IMG/VR virus record: IMGVR_UViG_3300033562_002408
Span: 1-39,154 of that record
Direction: 5' to 3' (one strand)
Source of the DNA: a virus
Lineage: Duplodnaviria > Caudoviricetes
Length of the DNA: 39,154 nucleotides
Part shown: positions 1-9,869 of the stretch, piece by piece
Numbering within the stretch: the first letter of the stretch is position 1
How the letters are laid out: every line of letters starts with the position of its first letter
Notes under the pieces: model-generated
Databases searched by the model: none
Told to the model about the DNA's origin: nothing
The model's input: only the letters and a program-made list of their open reading frames with translations
Program-made: the position numbers and the translations under genes

Positions 1-690
1 ATTATAATTTTGTACTGCTTTGTTTCTAGCAGGAGCTTTCTTTTTATATTTAATACCATCTTTTTTCTTTTCTTTAATAGTATATGCATATTTTGTATAT
101 CCATTTACCATTCCTGGTTTTGCTACGTCTGGAAGTTGGAGACTAAAAAATTCTTCTTTTACTTTTCTCATATAAGTCATGACTTCAAGTTTTGTTGTTC
201 CTTTAAGAATCATATCCAATACAACTGACATATGCTTCTTTGAAATATAAAGAGCGGTTTTCTTTTTAATTGGAATTCCTGTAACTTTGGTTTTTGGATC
301 ATCAAAGAATGTATCATCATCATCTCTAACCATTGATAATGCGTAATTCTTTCCACCAGTTACAAACATTGATCTAATAATTTTTTCATATCCAAATTTG
401 AAAATATTAGGAACACCAAAATCGAATGCATATTCTTCAAGAGTTCTATTAATCTCTGGTTGAATAACATCATCCACGAAATCTCTCATCCAAGTATCAA
501 ACTCTTCATAATTATCAAATGTCTTGCCTAACTTATCAATTACCTCTTCTAAAGACAAATAATTTGAATTATGTACTAACACATTATTACCGAAAAAATT
601 ATGATTATCTTTTACTTCAATATCATAAACCGGTAACTTAAACTTACCTAATGACTTTATTGAAAATGATGAACTTTCAACTACCTGCAT
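1..690 (-). CDS. 43: DNA polymerase B (gp43-like) C-terminal fragment carrying an N-terminal split-intein C-half; runs off window edge
   Basis: Hand translation from ATG 690 (SD AGGAG): MQVVESSSFSIKSLGKFKLPVYDIEVKDNHNFFGNNVLVHN|SNYLSL...GGKNYAL...PKTKVTG...; open frame to base 1. Ser+1 fits the Ser of PolB YxDTDS; KNYAL and PKxKxxG match gp43 palm/thumb motifs. Not in ORF track. Confidence 0.9.
   Translation of the reverse strand, partial: MQVVESSSFSIKSLGKFKLPVYDIEVKDNHNFFGNNVLVHNSNYLSLEEVIDKLGKTFDNYEEFDTWMRDFVDDVIQPEINRTLEEYAFDFGVPNIFKFGYEKIIRSMFVTGGKNYALSMVRDDDDTFFDDPKTKVTGIPIKKKTALYISKKHMSVVLDMILKGTTKLEVMTYMRKVKEEFFSLQLPDVAKPGMVNGYTKYAYTIKEKKKDGIKYKKKAPARNKAVQNYN
568..690 (-). mobile_element. 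Split intein C-half (41 aa) of DNA polymerase
   Basis: Block F VYDIEV..NHNFF and block G LVHN followed by Ser+1 (565-567); begins at its own start codon. Confidence 0.9.
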
Positions 691-760
691 TTGCTCTCCT
701 TAGTTTTACTTTCCTATAATCCTATAATTAAATATAACATATTAAGATCAATATAAAACA

Positions 761-789
761 AAAAGTACTAACTTTTTTGTTAGTACTTT
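761..789. terminator. Intrinsic terminator-like hairpin
   Basis: aaagtactaac-tttttt-gttagtacttt inverted repeat downstream of ORF 813-1100. Confidence 0.6.
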
Positions 790-812
790 CTAATTTTGGA
801 AATGAATGGATC

Positions 813-1100
813 TTAAATGTGGGTTGTTGTGATAACGTCTTTCATAAACTTTCGCACTGCACTTTCACCAAATTTTTTCAACACTTCTAACATCCCTTCT
901 GGATTATCTCTGTTCTTTAAAATTTGTTGATGAAGCTCTCTATGTGAATTAATCGCTTGATCAGAACTGTATAAATCTTCATCAAATGCTTTCATTAACA
1001 ATCGAGGACAATCTTCAATAGTATCATAACTAACCACTGTTTGTTCTTCAATAATTTCTCTGATTATTTGTTTAATAATTGTTTTTACATCCTCATTCAT
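813..1100 (-). CDS. Hypothetical protein, ELKQII-leader family
   Basis: IIKQIIREIIEE near N-terminus; start 1100 preferred over 1112 from AAGGA spacing. Confidence 0.7.
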   Translation of the reverse strand: MNEDVKTIIKQIIREIIEEQTVVSYDTIEDCPRLLMKAFDEDLYSSDQAINSHRELHQQILKNRDNPEGMLEVLKKFGESAVRKFMKDVITTTHI

Positions 1101-1127
1101 AATTTTAATCATCCTTCTATTATAAAT

Positions 1128-1370
1128 CTATTCAACTGGTTTATCTTCAAGTGATTCTTTAGCAATTTTAAGTAGTTCACTCCATTTTTTGCCAGTTGAT
1201 TTAAGCAATTGTTCTCTTGTAGTTTTCATTGCAGACGCAATTGCCATATTTCTTGTAGGCTTATCAAAATCTAAAATAAATTTGATTTGTTTTTGTGTAA
1301 GCTTAGGTTCATTGGTTTTTGATTCTTCAATAACCTCACGAATGATTTGTTTAAGTTCAGATTTTTTCAT
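1128..1370 (-). CDS. Hypothetical protein, ELKQII-leader family
   Basis: Starts MKKSELKQIIREVIEE; SD AGGAG. Confidence 0.8.
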   Translation of the reverse strand: MKKSELKQIIREVIEESKTNEPKLTQKQIKFILDFDKPTRNMAIASAMKTTREQLLKSTGKKWSELLKIAKESLEDKPVE

Positions 1371-1770
1371 TTAAATTCTCCTTTAGTTCAAAATAAAATA
1401 TTCCATTCCATTTATTTATTTTTTCTATAAGTCCATATTTTTTGCCCATATAAACACAATATGTATTTTCAATTCTAGTATGTAATTCTTTTAGGAATTT
1501 CCTGTATGTTTCAAGTGACTTTGCTTTTTTATAAAAATTACATTTTTGACAGCTAGGCATTAAATTATCAATATGATCTAATTCTTCAACAGTATATTTT
1601 CTATTTCTAAATGCAATAAGATGATCGATTTGCATGTTTGCAATTCCAGTTTCAAGTGACTCTTTTTTTGTCATTACTAAATCACAGCCACAATATGCGC
1701 ATTTTTTATTATACTTATTAAAAACTAATAATTTAGTTTCTTTTTTTATTGAATTTCGTTTTCGAGGCAT
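1357..1770 (-). CDS. HNH endonuclease
   Basis: CAYC...QIDHL...DNLMPSCQKCN, zinc-binding HNH signature. Confidence 0.85.
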   Translation of the reverse strand: MPRKRNSIKKETKLLVFNKYNKKCAYCGCDLVMTKKESLETGIANMQIDHLIAFRNRKYTVEELDHIDNLMPSCQKCNFYKKAKSLETYRKFLKELHTRIENTYCVYMGKKYGLIEKINKWNGIFYFELKENLNEKI

Positions 1771-1812
1771 AATTTTAACTCCAAACTATTCTTAAAATAA
1801 ATTTGTTTTTCG

Positions 1813-1947
1813 TTTGTTTTTCCCTAACTTGTTTTATATCATATACTTATAAAGATTAATAAAATGATATAAGTATATGATATAAAACAAGTTAGAGAAA
1901 TCATTCATTTTTTAATGGATATATCTTACTTTTTTAATGATTTTTTA
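1813..1947. repeat. Palindromic element copy 1 (28-bp inverted arms, 16-nt loop, conserved tail)
   Basis: Arms 1824-1851 and 1868-1895 are a perfect inverted repeat; loop aagattaataaaatga; tail shared with the copy at 15644-15778. Confidence 0.9.
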
Positions 1948-1962
1948 TGAAAAATTATATTT

Positions 1963-2175
1963 TTAGCAAAACATATGTTTAAATCCACCAAGGTCTTCTG
2001 GATGTAATCCAAGTGGTGTACATGCAGAACTAAATATTCCAGAATAGGTAACACCACATTGCATTACATTACCTTCAACATCGCCATTATTATCATATGT
2101 TATGGTTAAAATTTCACCACATTTAATACATGGAGTACAAAACCATAACTCTGACTTAATTGGTTTATTTTTCAT
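1963..2175 (-). CDS. Small Cys-rich hypothetical protein
   Basis: CxxCxxC cluster; abuts upstream ORF. Confidence 0.6.
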   Translation of the reverse strand: MKNKPIKSELWFCTPCIKCGEILTITYDNNGDVEGNVMQCGVTYSGIFSSACTPLGLHPEDLGGFKHMFC

Positions 2176-2352
2176 TTATTTTTCTTTTTTAAAAAGTCCA
2201 ACAATAGATTCAATTTCAACTAATGTATCAAATTCAGTTTTTAAAACTTTTTCTGATACAAATTCTTTTACTTTTGCTAAAACAGTATTATATGTATCTT
2301 CATCAGGGAAAAAGAATACATGTTCAATAACATCGCCTACTTCAATGGTCAT
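2176..2352 (-). CDS. Small hypothetical protein (58 aa, MTIEVGDVIEH...)
   Basis: Hand-translated ORF with GAGG SD filling the gap between two co-oriented genes; not in ORF track. Confidence 0.65.
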   Translation of the reverse strand: MTIEVGDVIEHVFFFPDEDTYNTVLAKVKEFVSEKVLKTEFDTLVEIESIVGLFKKEK

Positions 2353-2362
2353 AAAATTCCTC

Positions 2363-4309
2363 TTATCGTTTACGGTCTGTTAAAATTGTTCTCCAATGAG
2401 CTGCTTTATCTACAGGTTCCACATAGATAGCTCTAAAGTGAATTGTTTTATCTCCTTGATCAGTTTCTACATCCCATTTAAAGCCATTTCCTCTAAAGAT
2501 TGAAAGGTTTTCATCCATATCAGTATCTACAACTTTTAGAACTTTAATATCTTTCATTTGTGAAATAATCTTCTTAATGGTAATTTCCATTTTTTCTTCG
2601 ATTATTTTTTTAAATGCAATTTTTATATTTTCATCAGACTCATTTTGAATTAATTGATATCCTTCAGAATCAGCAACTCGTTTTGTAAATTTATCACCTT
2701 TAAATTGAGGCAACCGAAGTTCTCTCTCCATTTGTTTATAAATTTTAGTACCTTCACCCCAAGTATTCCATGAATAATCACTAGGCAATAAAAATTCATT
2801 CCACGATTTTGTAGATTCTAATTTTTCAATTTCAGCAAGCCATTTTAGATCATATTTAGGTTTTAATTTATTTGAAATATAATCTTTATGTTCAATCATC
2901 CATAATGCTTGTTTCTTATATGTGTCTTTTGTCAATTTATTTCCATTAGCAATAGACAATTTCCAAAAATCAAAATCGTCTTCAACAATCTCAGGAATGG
3001 CTGCATTCAATCTATCAATAATCATTCCAAGAATATCTGTATCATCATTAGCATCCGATCCTAATTGTTTCTTTGATCGAACAACATTTGTAGTCTTTGT
3101 TAATTTAGTATATAAATCTTTAAGTTCTAACATTAGGGTACCTTCTGCTGAATATTTTCCACCAAAAAGATTTGGTAGTTCTACAGAAGTTCTTCCTGTA
3201 ATAAAATCAGGGATTTGATTGTATCTATTTTTATATCCAAACGTACCGGATGATCTTGAATTTGCTTTTGCATATTCGCGCCAAGAATCACGGAATCCCT
3301 CACCTAATTTTATATATTCACTACTTAGATAATTTTTATATTCTTCAAACTGATCTGAATCAACTTCTCCAGAATTTAATACATTTTTAATTTCGACTAA
3401 TTTAGGATCAAGATTATTTGAAAAACTATCTTCAAGACCAAGATCTTTTTTATTACTTTCGCCAACATCTAGAGTCTTTAATATATTTCTTAATTCAATT
3501 ATGTCTTTAAATTGTTTTAAAATTTCAGGATTAAATAGGTCATTATAAGCATCATACATTTTCATTGCTGCTTTATTAGTTTCACCAATATGATGTTCAA
3601 TTGGAAGTTCAAATTCATTATAATAATACTCAGAAAAGACCTTATTAACTTTATGTAATAAATTATACTCTTCTGTTGACCAATTACTCCAATTTTCACT
3701 TAAGCGAGAAAGATATTGTTTTGCTGTTTGTTCATTAATATTAAATTCATCTTTAATAAGCTTAATTACTTCTGGAGTTTGTTTGATGATTTCTTTACCA
3801 TATTTCTTATCAAATGTTTTATATAAACTATTTGGACTTTGTTTATCTCCTGCATACGAATTACCAGCAATATACTCTTGAATTTTATTAAGTTCATTTT
3901 TAATATCTGAAAGCTCGCTTTTAGTTTTCAGATATCCGCGTTCTAAAACAGCTTTAGTTCTTGGAAGATTACTAAAATCAACTGTACTTATATTAAATGG
4001 TTGATCAACTTTAGGTTCTTTAATTGATTTTGTTACTTTAGGTTCTTTAATTGATGGTGTTGATGGTGTTGATGATGTCGATTTCCCTAGACCACTAACT
4101 ACATCAGTAATTTTTTTAGTTCCATATTTTTCTGAGTGTTTATCAATATTTTCAATTTTTTTAGTTACATCTTCAACAGACGTTCCAAGTTCATCTGCAA
4201 TTTCTTTAACTGTAATTGACTTTCCTCTTTTTAGAACATCTCTAACATCATTCATAGTCGCCATTTCTTCAAACAAAACTTCTTTTATAACTTCCTTTAA
4301 TTTTTTCAT
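2363..4309 (-). CDS. Large hypothetical protein with leader-like N-terminus and possible HTH
   Basis: MKKLKEVIKEVLFEE leader; ITVKEIADELGTSVEDV resembles an HTH; STP and SIKEPKV linker repeats. Confidence 0.75.
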   Translation of the reverse strand: MKKLKEVIKEVLFEEMATMNDVRDVLKRGKSITVKEIADELGTSVEDVTKKIENIDKHSEKYGTKKITDVVSGLGKSTSSTPSTPSIKEPKVTKSIKEPKVDQPFNISTVDFSNLPRTKAVLERGYLKTKSELSDIKNELNKIQEYIAGNSYAGDKQSPNSLYKTFDKKYGKEIIKQTPEVIKLIKDEFNINEQTAKQYLSRLSENWSNWSTEEYNLLHKVNKVFSEYYYNEFELPIEHHIGETNKAAMKMYDAYNDLFNPEILKQFKDIIELRNILKTLDVGESNKKDLGLEDSFSNNLDPKLVEIKNVLNSGEVDSDQFEEYKNYLSSEYIKLGEGFRDSWREYAKANSRSSGTFGYKNRYNQIPDFITGRTSVELPNLFGGKYSAEGTLMLELKDLYTKLTKTTNVVRSKKQLGSDANDDTDILGMIIDRLNAAIPEIVEDDFDFWKLSIANGNKLTKDTYKKQALWMIEHKDYISNKLKPKYDLKWLAEIEKLESTKSWNEFLLPSDYSWNTWGEGTKIYKQMERELRLPQFKGDKFTKRVADSEGYQLIQNESDENIKIAFKKIIEEKMEITIKKIISQMKDIKVLKVVDTDMDENLSIFRGNGFKWDVETDQGDKTIHFRAIYVEPVDKAAHWRTILTDRKR

Positions 4310-4347
4310 TTTTTGATCCTTTATTTAAATTAATTTTATAATAGAAA

Positions 4348-4355
4348 TATTTATA
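4348..4355 (-). promoter_or_regulatory. T4-type late promoter TATAAATA
   Basis: Exact TATAAATA about 40 nt upstream of ORF 2363-4309; gp55 is present in the window. Confidence 0.55.
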
Positions 4356-4356
4356 A

Positions 4357-4386
4357 TAGTAATATAACTCAAAAATAAAAAAGTAC
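4357..4386 (-). promoter_or_regulatory. Repeated putative early promoter motif
   Basis: GTACTTTTTTATTTTTGAGTTATATTACTA on minus strand; one of at least 8 copies. Confidence 0.65.
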
Positions 4387-4426
4387 CAACTTTTTGTTAG
4401 TACTTTTTCATTTAATAATAAAAATA

Positions 4427-4798
4427 TCATTTAACTAAATTATGAAACTGTTCAATTGTAATTTCAAAATACTCATTAAGTTCTTTGTTCCAAACATTTA
4501 TTTTACTATCACCATGAACACATTTACCACACTGGCGAGGAGCTAATGTAACAATATTATATCTATCATCTTCAACTGTTTCACCTGTCATTAATTTTAA
4601 CATTGTTCTCTGATAATCATATAAACTAATCAACTGTTTACCATGATCTAATGTAATAATATAACAATACGTCTCTGCAAAATATTCGATATTTTTTGCA
4701 CAACGTAACATCTCTGCCAACTCTTGCGGGGTAAACTCACGCTTGCGAAACTCTCTGCGTAAATTTGGATTACCTAAATATCCTTTCTGATCACTCAT
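4427..4798 (-). CDS. terL: Terminase large subunit fragment 1 (aa 1-92 extein) + split intein N-half (aa 93-123)
   Basis: YLGNPNL, YFAETYCYI, LYDYQ and PRQCGK match the gp17 N-terminus up to the Walker A Lys; then CVHGDSKI (intein block A) at 4430-4522 and stop. Confidence 0.93.
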   Translation of the reverse strand: MSDQKGYLGNPNLRREFRKREFTPQELAEMLRCAKNIEYFAETYCYIITLDHGKQLISLYDYQRTMLKLMTGETVEDDRYNIVTLAPRQCGKCVHGDSKINVWNKELNEYFEITIEQFHNLVK

Positions 4799-4825
4799 TA
4801 AATATCTCCTCTATTTGTAAAATTT

Positions 4826-7666
4826 TCAGATGACTACATTTGGAATTTTGGTTGTTAAACTATTCGCAGTTGTGTGCTGACCAGGTTTATCCGAGGAGAA
4901 TACAGGTTTTTGTTGATCTTCTTTACTATTACTTTCGGTATTGGTCTTTAAAAAATCAATGCTAAATTTTTCTTTCAATTTCTCCTTATTTGCTAGCGGA
5001 TCCAATAGCATTTCCTCCATAATTAGAACAATTTTGTCAGATAAATTCTCCCCGATTGTTATAATTTTATTAATGGCATTATTTTTACCATGAAAATCTT
5101 TTTTCTTGTTAAAATCAGTTACCAATTGTGCAAGTTCATTAATCATTTGTTTTAATTCATTAAATGATGGGGTCTTTAGTTTACTTAAATTTGTGGTAAT
5201 AGTAGATAACCTAGATTGTAATGTTGATATTGCATTTGAAAAGTCTTTATTATTTGTAATTGTAAAATCAGGTGCTGCTTTAAGCGGCATTATAGTATCA
5301 ACAATAAAATCACCAATAAATTGAAGAGTCTTTTGATATAATTCAGCGTTTCTAAAATCCACAGCTTCAAATTTAGTTGTTGATTTTTGTACTGCGATAT
5401 TTGATTTAGCATTTGATGTACCTTGATCAATTTTTGGCTCTTCTTTAGGGAATTCAAAATTATTTGAAAATATTTTTTCAAAATCAGCATGCTGATCTAT
5501 AATAGATTCAACAATTTTGTCTATAGTACCATTGTCTTTAATTTGTATTTTAAATTGATCCATGACTTGTGTTATTGCTTTTTTTAATTTTTCTTTAGAC
5601 GTTTTCTCATTTGTCAATTTCATTCTTGTTGGAGATACTGTTGGTTTTGGGTCTTCTGTATTCTGCGTAGTTGATTGAGATGTTGGCTCAGCTTCTTTTA
5701 TATTTTCTATGGTATTATTTATCTGATTATCTTTTAAAAGTGCTTCAATATCGTCTTGAGATAACAAATCATCTTCTTCATAAAGTTTAAATATCTCCTT
5801 CAACTTAGATTCTAACTTTAATTTTTCAAGATAGTCTTTAATTTCTTCATCATCTAATACTTTTAAAATTTCCTTCAACATACTCTTTGAATTAGTTATA
5901 ACTGGAGATTGATTTACCATATTTGATGAAACTGATACTGAATCAGGATTTATATTAGCTGCTTTCAACTTTGCATCAATTTTATCTTCTAATATATCAA
6001 ATGCATCGCCAATATATTCAATATTATCTGTAGATAGTTGTTCATAAATCATTCCACTTTCTGATAATCTACTTAAAAACAACAATGAATAATAATCACC
6101 TAAAAAACCTAAATTACTAATAGAACGTCTGACCTCAGCATCAGCTTGAATTTTATCTAAATTCTTATTAATATCACTTAAAATTTGTCTTATTGTTTTT
6201 GAAAATTGAGTATCTATTTTATCTATAAGTGTAATTCCATTTGAAAGCTCAGCTTTTAATGTTGCTTCAAATGTTACTAATTCTGGTAAAGTTGCTTGTT
6301 TTTTTGCGTCATCAGATTCATCATTGTACTTAAGTAAAATTTCATCATACTCAGTTACTATTTTTCCAAAAATATTTTTCTCTATTTCATAATATGCTTT
6401 AATATTGTCAATATCTAAATCAGCTTGCATAATATCAAATGATGTGACTGTTACGTTAATTCCTAATGATTTTAATTTTGGAGAAAGTTCACCTGTTGAT
6501 AGCTGTTCTGATGTAGACGATGCGACACTTTTTAAACTTTCAACATCTTTAAGTTTAAATATTTCTTTCCAAGAATTTTCAATTAAAACCTTAAATGATT
6601 GTTTTTCTTTTTCATCTTCAAATGCAGGAATCACATCTTTATCAATAATATTTTGGAGGGCATCAAATAATTCACGAATGTAAGATGGATATTGAATATT
6701 ATTACTTATTTTTAATAATGACTGATTTTTTAAAGGTTCAAACACTGATATTGTTTCACCTTCTTTTGGATATAAATCTAGTTGATTTTTTAATTTAAAA
6801 AATTTTTCAGTTACTGTTTTAATGACTACGTCTGAATTTTTAAATTTATTTTTTTTACTTTGTAAAACATTAATAAAAGAGTTTTTATTTTTTTTATCTA
6901 AAACTGAATTAAACCCATTACTCCACAATTTTAGTTTATCAATAATATCTTTTGTGACTTGTCCATTACCATCTTTAATTCCTTTTAATGTTAAATATTG
7001 AGCATGACCAGGAACAATAGTATGATATAACGGTTTTGTTGTTAAAATTTCTTTGTCTCTATATCTATCATTGTATGATGAGTCCATAATTCTAGTTTTA
7101 AATGCCTCTGCTCCAGGTCTTGCTGTAAGTCTGTTAAACGCTTGAGATCCACCACTAAGCCCACCTGCTAATAATTGTTTAAAAATATTTTTATATTCAG
7201 TTTCAAAATTTGTTTTATTTTCAGCATCAAATAATTGGTCAATTTCTTCAGCAGATTTTCCACTTAACGTCATAAAATCCCTAACATTATTATAGTATGT
7301 GCCTTCTTTTCCAGATTCTTTAAGAAGTGCCATTCCTTTGTCAAGTATTATATTATATAAGTTATCTTTTTGTTCTTTTGAAAAATTTCTAATAGCACCC
7401 ATCATTGATAAAAAAGGATTTGTTGCGAAATCAGCAGTTTTAGCAATTATTTTCAAAGGTGCAGTCAAACCTACTCTTAATAGTTTGAAAAAATCATCGT
7501 CAAGACTAGATTTTGAGTCAAACTCACCAACATACTTATTAACTCCTTGTTCAACTGCTGTTTTTGTTTTTTCAGGACCTTTTGACCAATCCTCAGATTG
7601 CCACTCTTCAACTAAACTCTCTTGAATAAGATTAAGTGATCTGTTATTTCCATAGTTAAATCTCAT
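4826..7666 (-). CDS. Large hypothetical protein (946 aa), possibly virion-associated
   Basis: Long ORF, helical K/E/D-rich; no recognised motif; overlaps upstream ORF by 4 nt. Confidence 0.75.
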   Translation of the reverse strand: MRFNYGNNRSLNLIQESLVEEWQSEDWSKGPEKTKTAVEQGVNKYVGEFDSKSSLDDDFFKLLRVGLTAPLKIIAKTADFATNPFLSMMGAIRNFSKEQKDNLYNIILDKGMALLKESGKEGTYYNNVRDFMTLSGKSAEEIDQLFDAENKTNFETEYKNIFKQLLAGGLSGGSQAFNRLTARPGAEAFKTRIMDSSYNDRYRDKEILTTKPLYHTIVPGHAQYLTLKGIKDGNGQVTKDIIDKLKLWSNGFNSVLDKKNKNSFINVLQSKKNKFKNSDVVIKTVTEKFFKLKNQLDLYPKEGETISVFEPLKNQSLLKISNNIQYPSYIRELFDALQNIIDKDVIPAFEDEKEKQSFKVLIENSWKEIFKLKDVESLKSVASSTSEQLSTGELSPKLKSLGINVTVTSFDIMQADLDIDNIKAYYEIEKNIFGKIVTEYDEILLKYNDESDDAKKQATLPELVTFEATLKAELSNGITLIDKIDTQFSKTIRQILSDINKNLDKIQADAEVRRSISNLGFLGDYYSLLFLSRLSESGMIYEQLSTDNIEYIGDAFDILEDKIDAKLKAANINPDSVSVSSNMVNQSPVITNSKSMLKEILKVLDDEEIKDYLEKLKLESKLKEIFKLYEEDDLLSQDDIEALLKDNQINNTIENIKEAEPTSQSTTQNTEDPKPTVSPTRMKLTNEKTSKEKLKKAITQVMDQFKIQIKDNGTIDKIVESIIDQHADFEKIFSNNFEFPKEEPKIDQGTSNAKSNIAVQKSTTKFEAVDFRNAELYQKTLQFIGDFIVDTIMPLKAAPDFTITNNKDFSNAISTLQSRLSTITTNLSKLKTPSFNELKQMINELAQLVTDFNKKKDFHGKNNAINKIITIGENLSDKIVLIMEEMLLDPLANKEKLKEKFSIDFLKTNTESNSKEDQQKPVFSSDKPGQHTTANSLTTKIPNVVI

Positions 7667-9825
7667 TCAATGCCTCCTAATAATTTTTTTATATTATAAT
7701 CTTCAGATAATGATAATCCTTCTCGAATTTTCAACTCTAATTCTTCTTCTGTTAAATCATCAAATACTTCTCTTAATACTTCAATATAATTTATTATACT
7801 TTCTTCAATCATTTTATTCTTATTATGAGATGTACTTGCTTTAACTAGTTTTAGGTTATCCCATATTTTTTGATGGTCTTCAGTTGTTTTTATTCCATTA
7901 GTTTCAAAAATATTAATTAATTCTTTTTTATCATTTAGTGGCATATTATCCCATGAAATATTAAGATTTTTTGTTGCAATTTTTTGAATTTCTTTATTTG
8001 CAAAAATAGCATCTGTTACAGTATTCTCGGCTGCGTCCTGATCTCCATCTTTTGAAGTTCCATTTTTAGATTTTGTAGAGTCATTAGGAAATTTTATATC
8101 AGGTAATATCCTTATTAATATTTCAGTTTGATGTTCCGGTGTTATATTTGGAAATTTTTCTTTTATTTTGTTTATAATTACATTTTGAGTTGTAATTGGT
8201 AATGTTTCCCATTCTTTTTCTTTATTATTTTTATTAAACTTTCGAAACTGAGCTACAAACGTGGCATCTTCATAAATTAATCTCGTTGTTCTGTTTATAT
8301 CAAATGGTTTTTGTTTGTCTTCATTATCACTAGGAGTGGTTGAAACTACTGTAGTTGCATCAGCTGTCTCATCAATAATATTTTTAATAAATTCTTCGTC
8401 TGCAAGAGTTCTATCTTCACCTAATGTGTTTTCAACGTTTGATAAAAACCATGTATTATTAATAGTGGAGACACCAATTTCTTTGACTTTTTCAAGGGCA
8501 GTTTTTAATTTATCATATGACTCTTTTTGTTCTTGTTTATCTACTGATTTATAAGATTTTGAAAAAAGATCCTTGAATGCTTGATCATTTGGTTTTAAAA
8601 TATCAAAGAATCTATTAAATTCATCTTTTGTAAATGGAGTATTAAATAATTGTTTAATATTCTCAGCAGTAAAATTAGCGTCTCCTGAAATTCCATTTCC
8701 AAGTGCTGTAATAATGATTTTTGAATCGTCTTCAGTTATTCCTGTATCAGCATTCATTAAAATTTTTGATAAATTTGTCATTGTTGTTTCATCTGCAGGA
8801 GTTGCTTTCTTCATAAAATCAATAATTGTATCTTTATCGGTTGTTGATAATTTATTTCTAAGATCATTTATTTGGTCAGAAGTATATTTAGAATTTATTT
8901 TTCCTTTAGTTACTTCACCTTCTATTTTAGCGGTTCCTAAACGAGCTTTAACAATTTTAATTGATCTTTCTTTTTCAATTTTTTGTTTTATTAATGCGTC
9001 TTCAAATGCTATTTTTGTTTCATCAAGTATGGTTTTATCAACAGGTTTATCATCTTGAGTATCAAAAAATAATTGTTTTTGTTCATCTGATAAAGAATTA
9101 ACTGCTTGTATAATCAATTCCAATTCTTTTGATGCATCACCTAAAAATTCATTAACAATTTCTTTAGCTCTTGCATCTTCAACTTTTTGTTTTATTAATG
9201 CTTTTTCAAATGCTGCTTTTGTTTCTTCAAGAATATCGGCACCAACAACAATATTGTCATCGTTAATATCTTTAAATAATTGTTTTTGCTCTTCTGATAA
9301 CGATTCAATTGCTTTATTAATTAAATCTGCCTCATCAACAGCCAATTTTGCATCTTCTTCTAATTTTTTAGGATTAACTGTTTTTTTCAAATTCATCATT
9401 TGTTTTGTAGACATATTTTCAATTTTTGATACAAACGCATCTGCTAAAATTTCAGATTTATCTTTCCCACGTTTTATTTTCCCAGTATTATTAACTTGTG
9501 ATAATACTTTTTTACCATCTGTTTTATCAAACATATTATAAATTTCATTTCTTATAGTAGGATCATAAAATATTTTTTGAAAGAATCCATCGTCCCTTGT
9601 TAAGTCCTTTAATGATTTATTAATATCACCGACTATTGCATTTTTTAATTTATTAGCACCGAGTTTTCCAAGACCTAGTGCACCTGTTCCAATGTCTTTT
9701 ATAAAATTATAATAGTCATAAACTTCTTCTACTAATTTATCACTTTTATTTTTACCTTCTTCATAAAATGCAATTCTGTTTAAATCATTTAAAAATTCAA
9801 TATCTGATTTTAATCGTTTATTCAT
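7663..9825 (-). CDS. Large hypothetical protein (720 aa) with internal 69-aa tandem repeat
   Basis: SLSEEQKQLF...ILEETKAAFEKALIKQK repeated as SLSDEQKQLF...ILDETKIAFEDALIKQK, 207 nt apart. Confidence 0.75.
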   Translation of the reverse strand: MNKRLKSDIEFLNDLNRIAFYEEGKNKSDKLVEEVYDYYNFIKDIGTGALGLGKLGANKLKNAIVGDINKSLKDLTRDDGFFQKIFYDPTIRNEIYNMFDKTDGKKVLSQVNNTGKIKRGKDKSEILADAFVSKIENMSTKQMMNLKKTVNPKKLEEDAKLAVDEADLINKAIESLSEEQKQLFKDINDDNIVVGADILEETKAAFEKALIKQKVEDARAKEIVNEFLGDASKELELIIQAVNSLSDEQKQLFFDTQDDKPVDKTILDETKIAFEDALIKQKIEKERSIKIVKARLGTAKIEGEVTKGKINSKYTSDQINDLRNKLSTTDKDTIIDFMKKATPADETTMTNLSKILMNADTGITEDDSKIIITALGNGISGDANFTAENIKQLFNTPFTKDEFNRFFDILKPNDQAFKDLFSKSYKSVDKQEQKESYDKLKTALEKVKEIGVSTINNTWFLSNVENTLGEDRTLADEEFIKNIIDETADATTVVSTTPSDNEDKQKPFDINRTTRLIYEDATFVAQFRKFNKNNKEKEWETLPITTQNVIINKIKEKFPNITPEHQTEILIRILPDIKFPNDSTKSKNGTSKDGDQDAAENTVTDAIFANKEIQKIATKNLNISWDNMPLNDKKELINIFETNGIKTTEDHQKIWDNLKLVKASTSHNKNKMIEESIINYIEVLREVFDDLTEEELELKIREGLSLSEDYNIKKLLGGIE

Positions 9826-9869
9826 ATTAGTTATCCCTTCCTTTAAGATATAATTCTATTTATTTTTCA

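Noticed and set aside
10-228. ORF-track 72-aa plus-strand ORF
   Set aside because: Antisense shadow of the polymerase fragment on the minus strand; no SD and Phe-rich composition.
1813-1947. Palindromic element as CRISPR repeat or plain terminator
   Set aside because: Only two distant copies, no spacer array or cas genes; 28-bp AT-rich arms and a 16-nt loop are atypical for a terminator.
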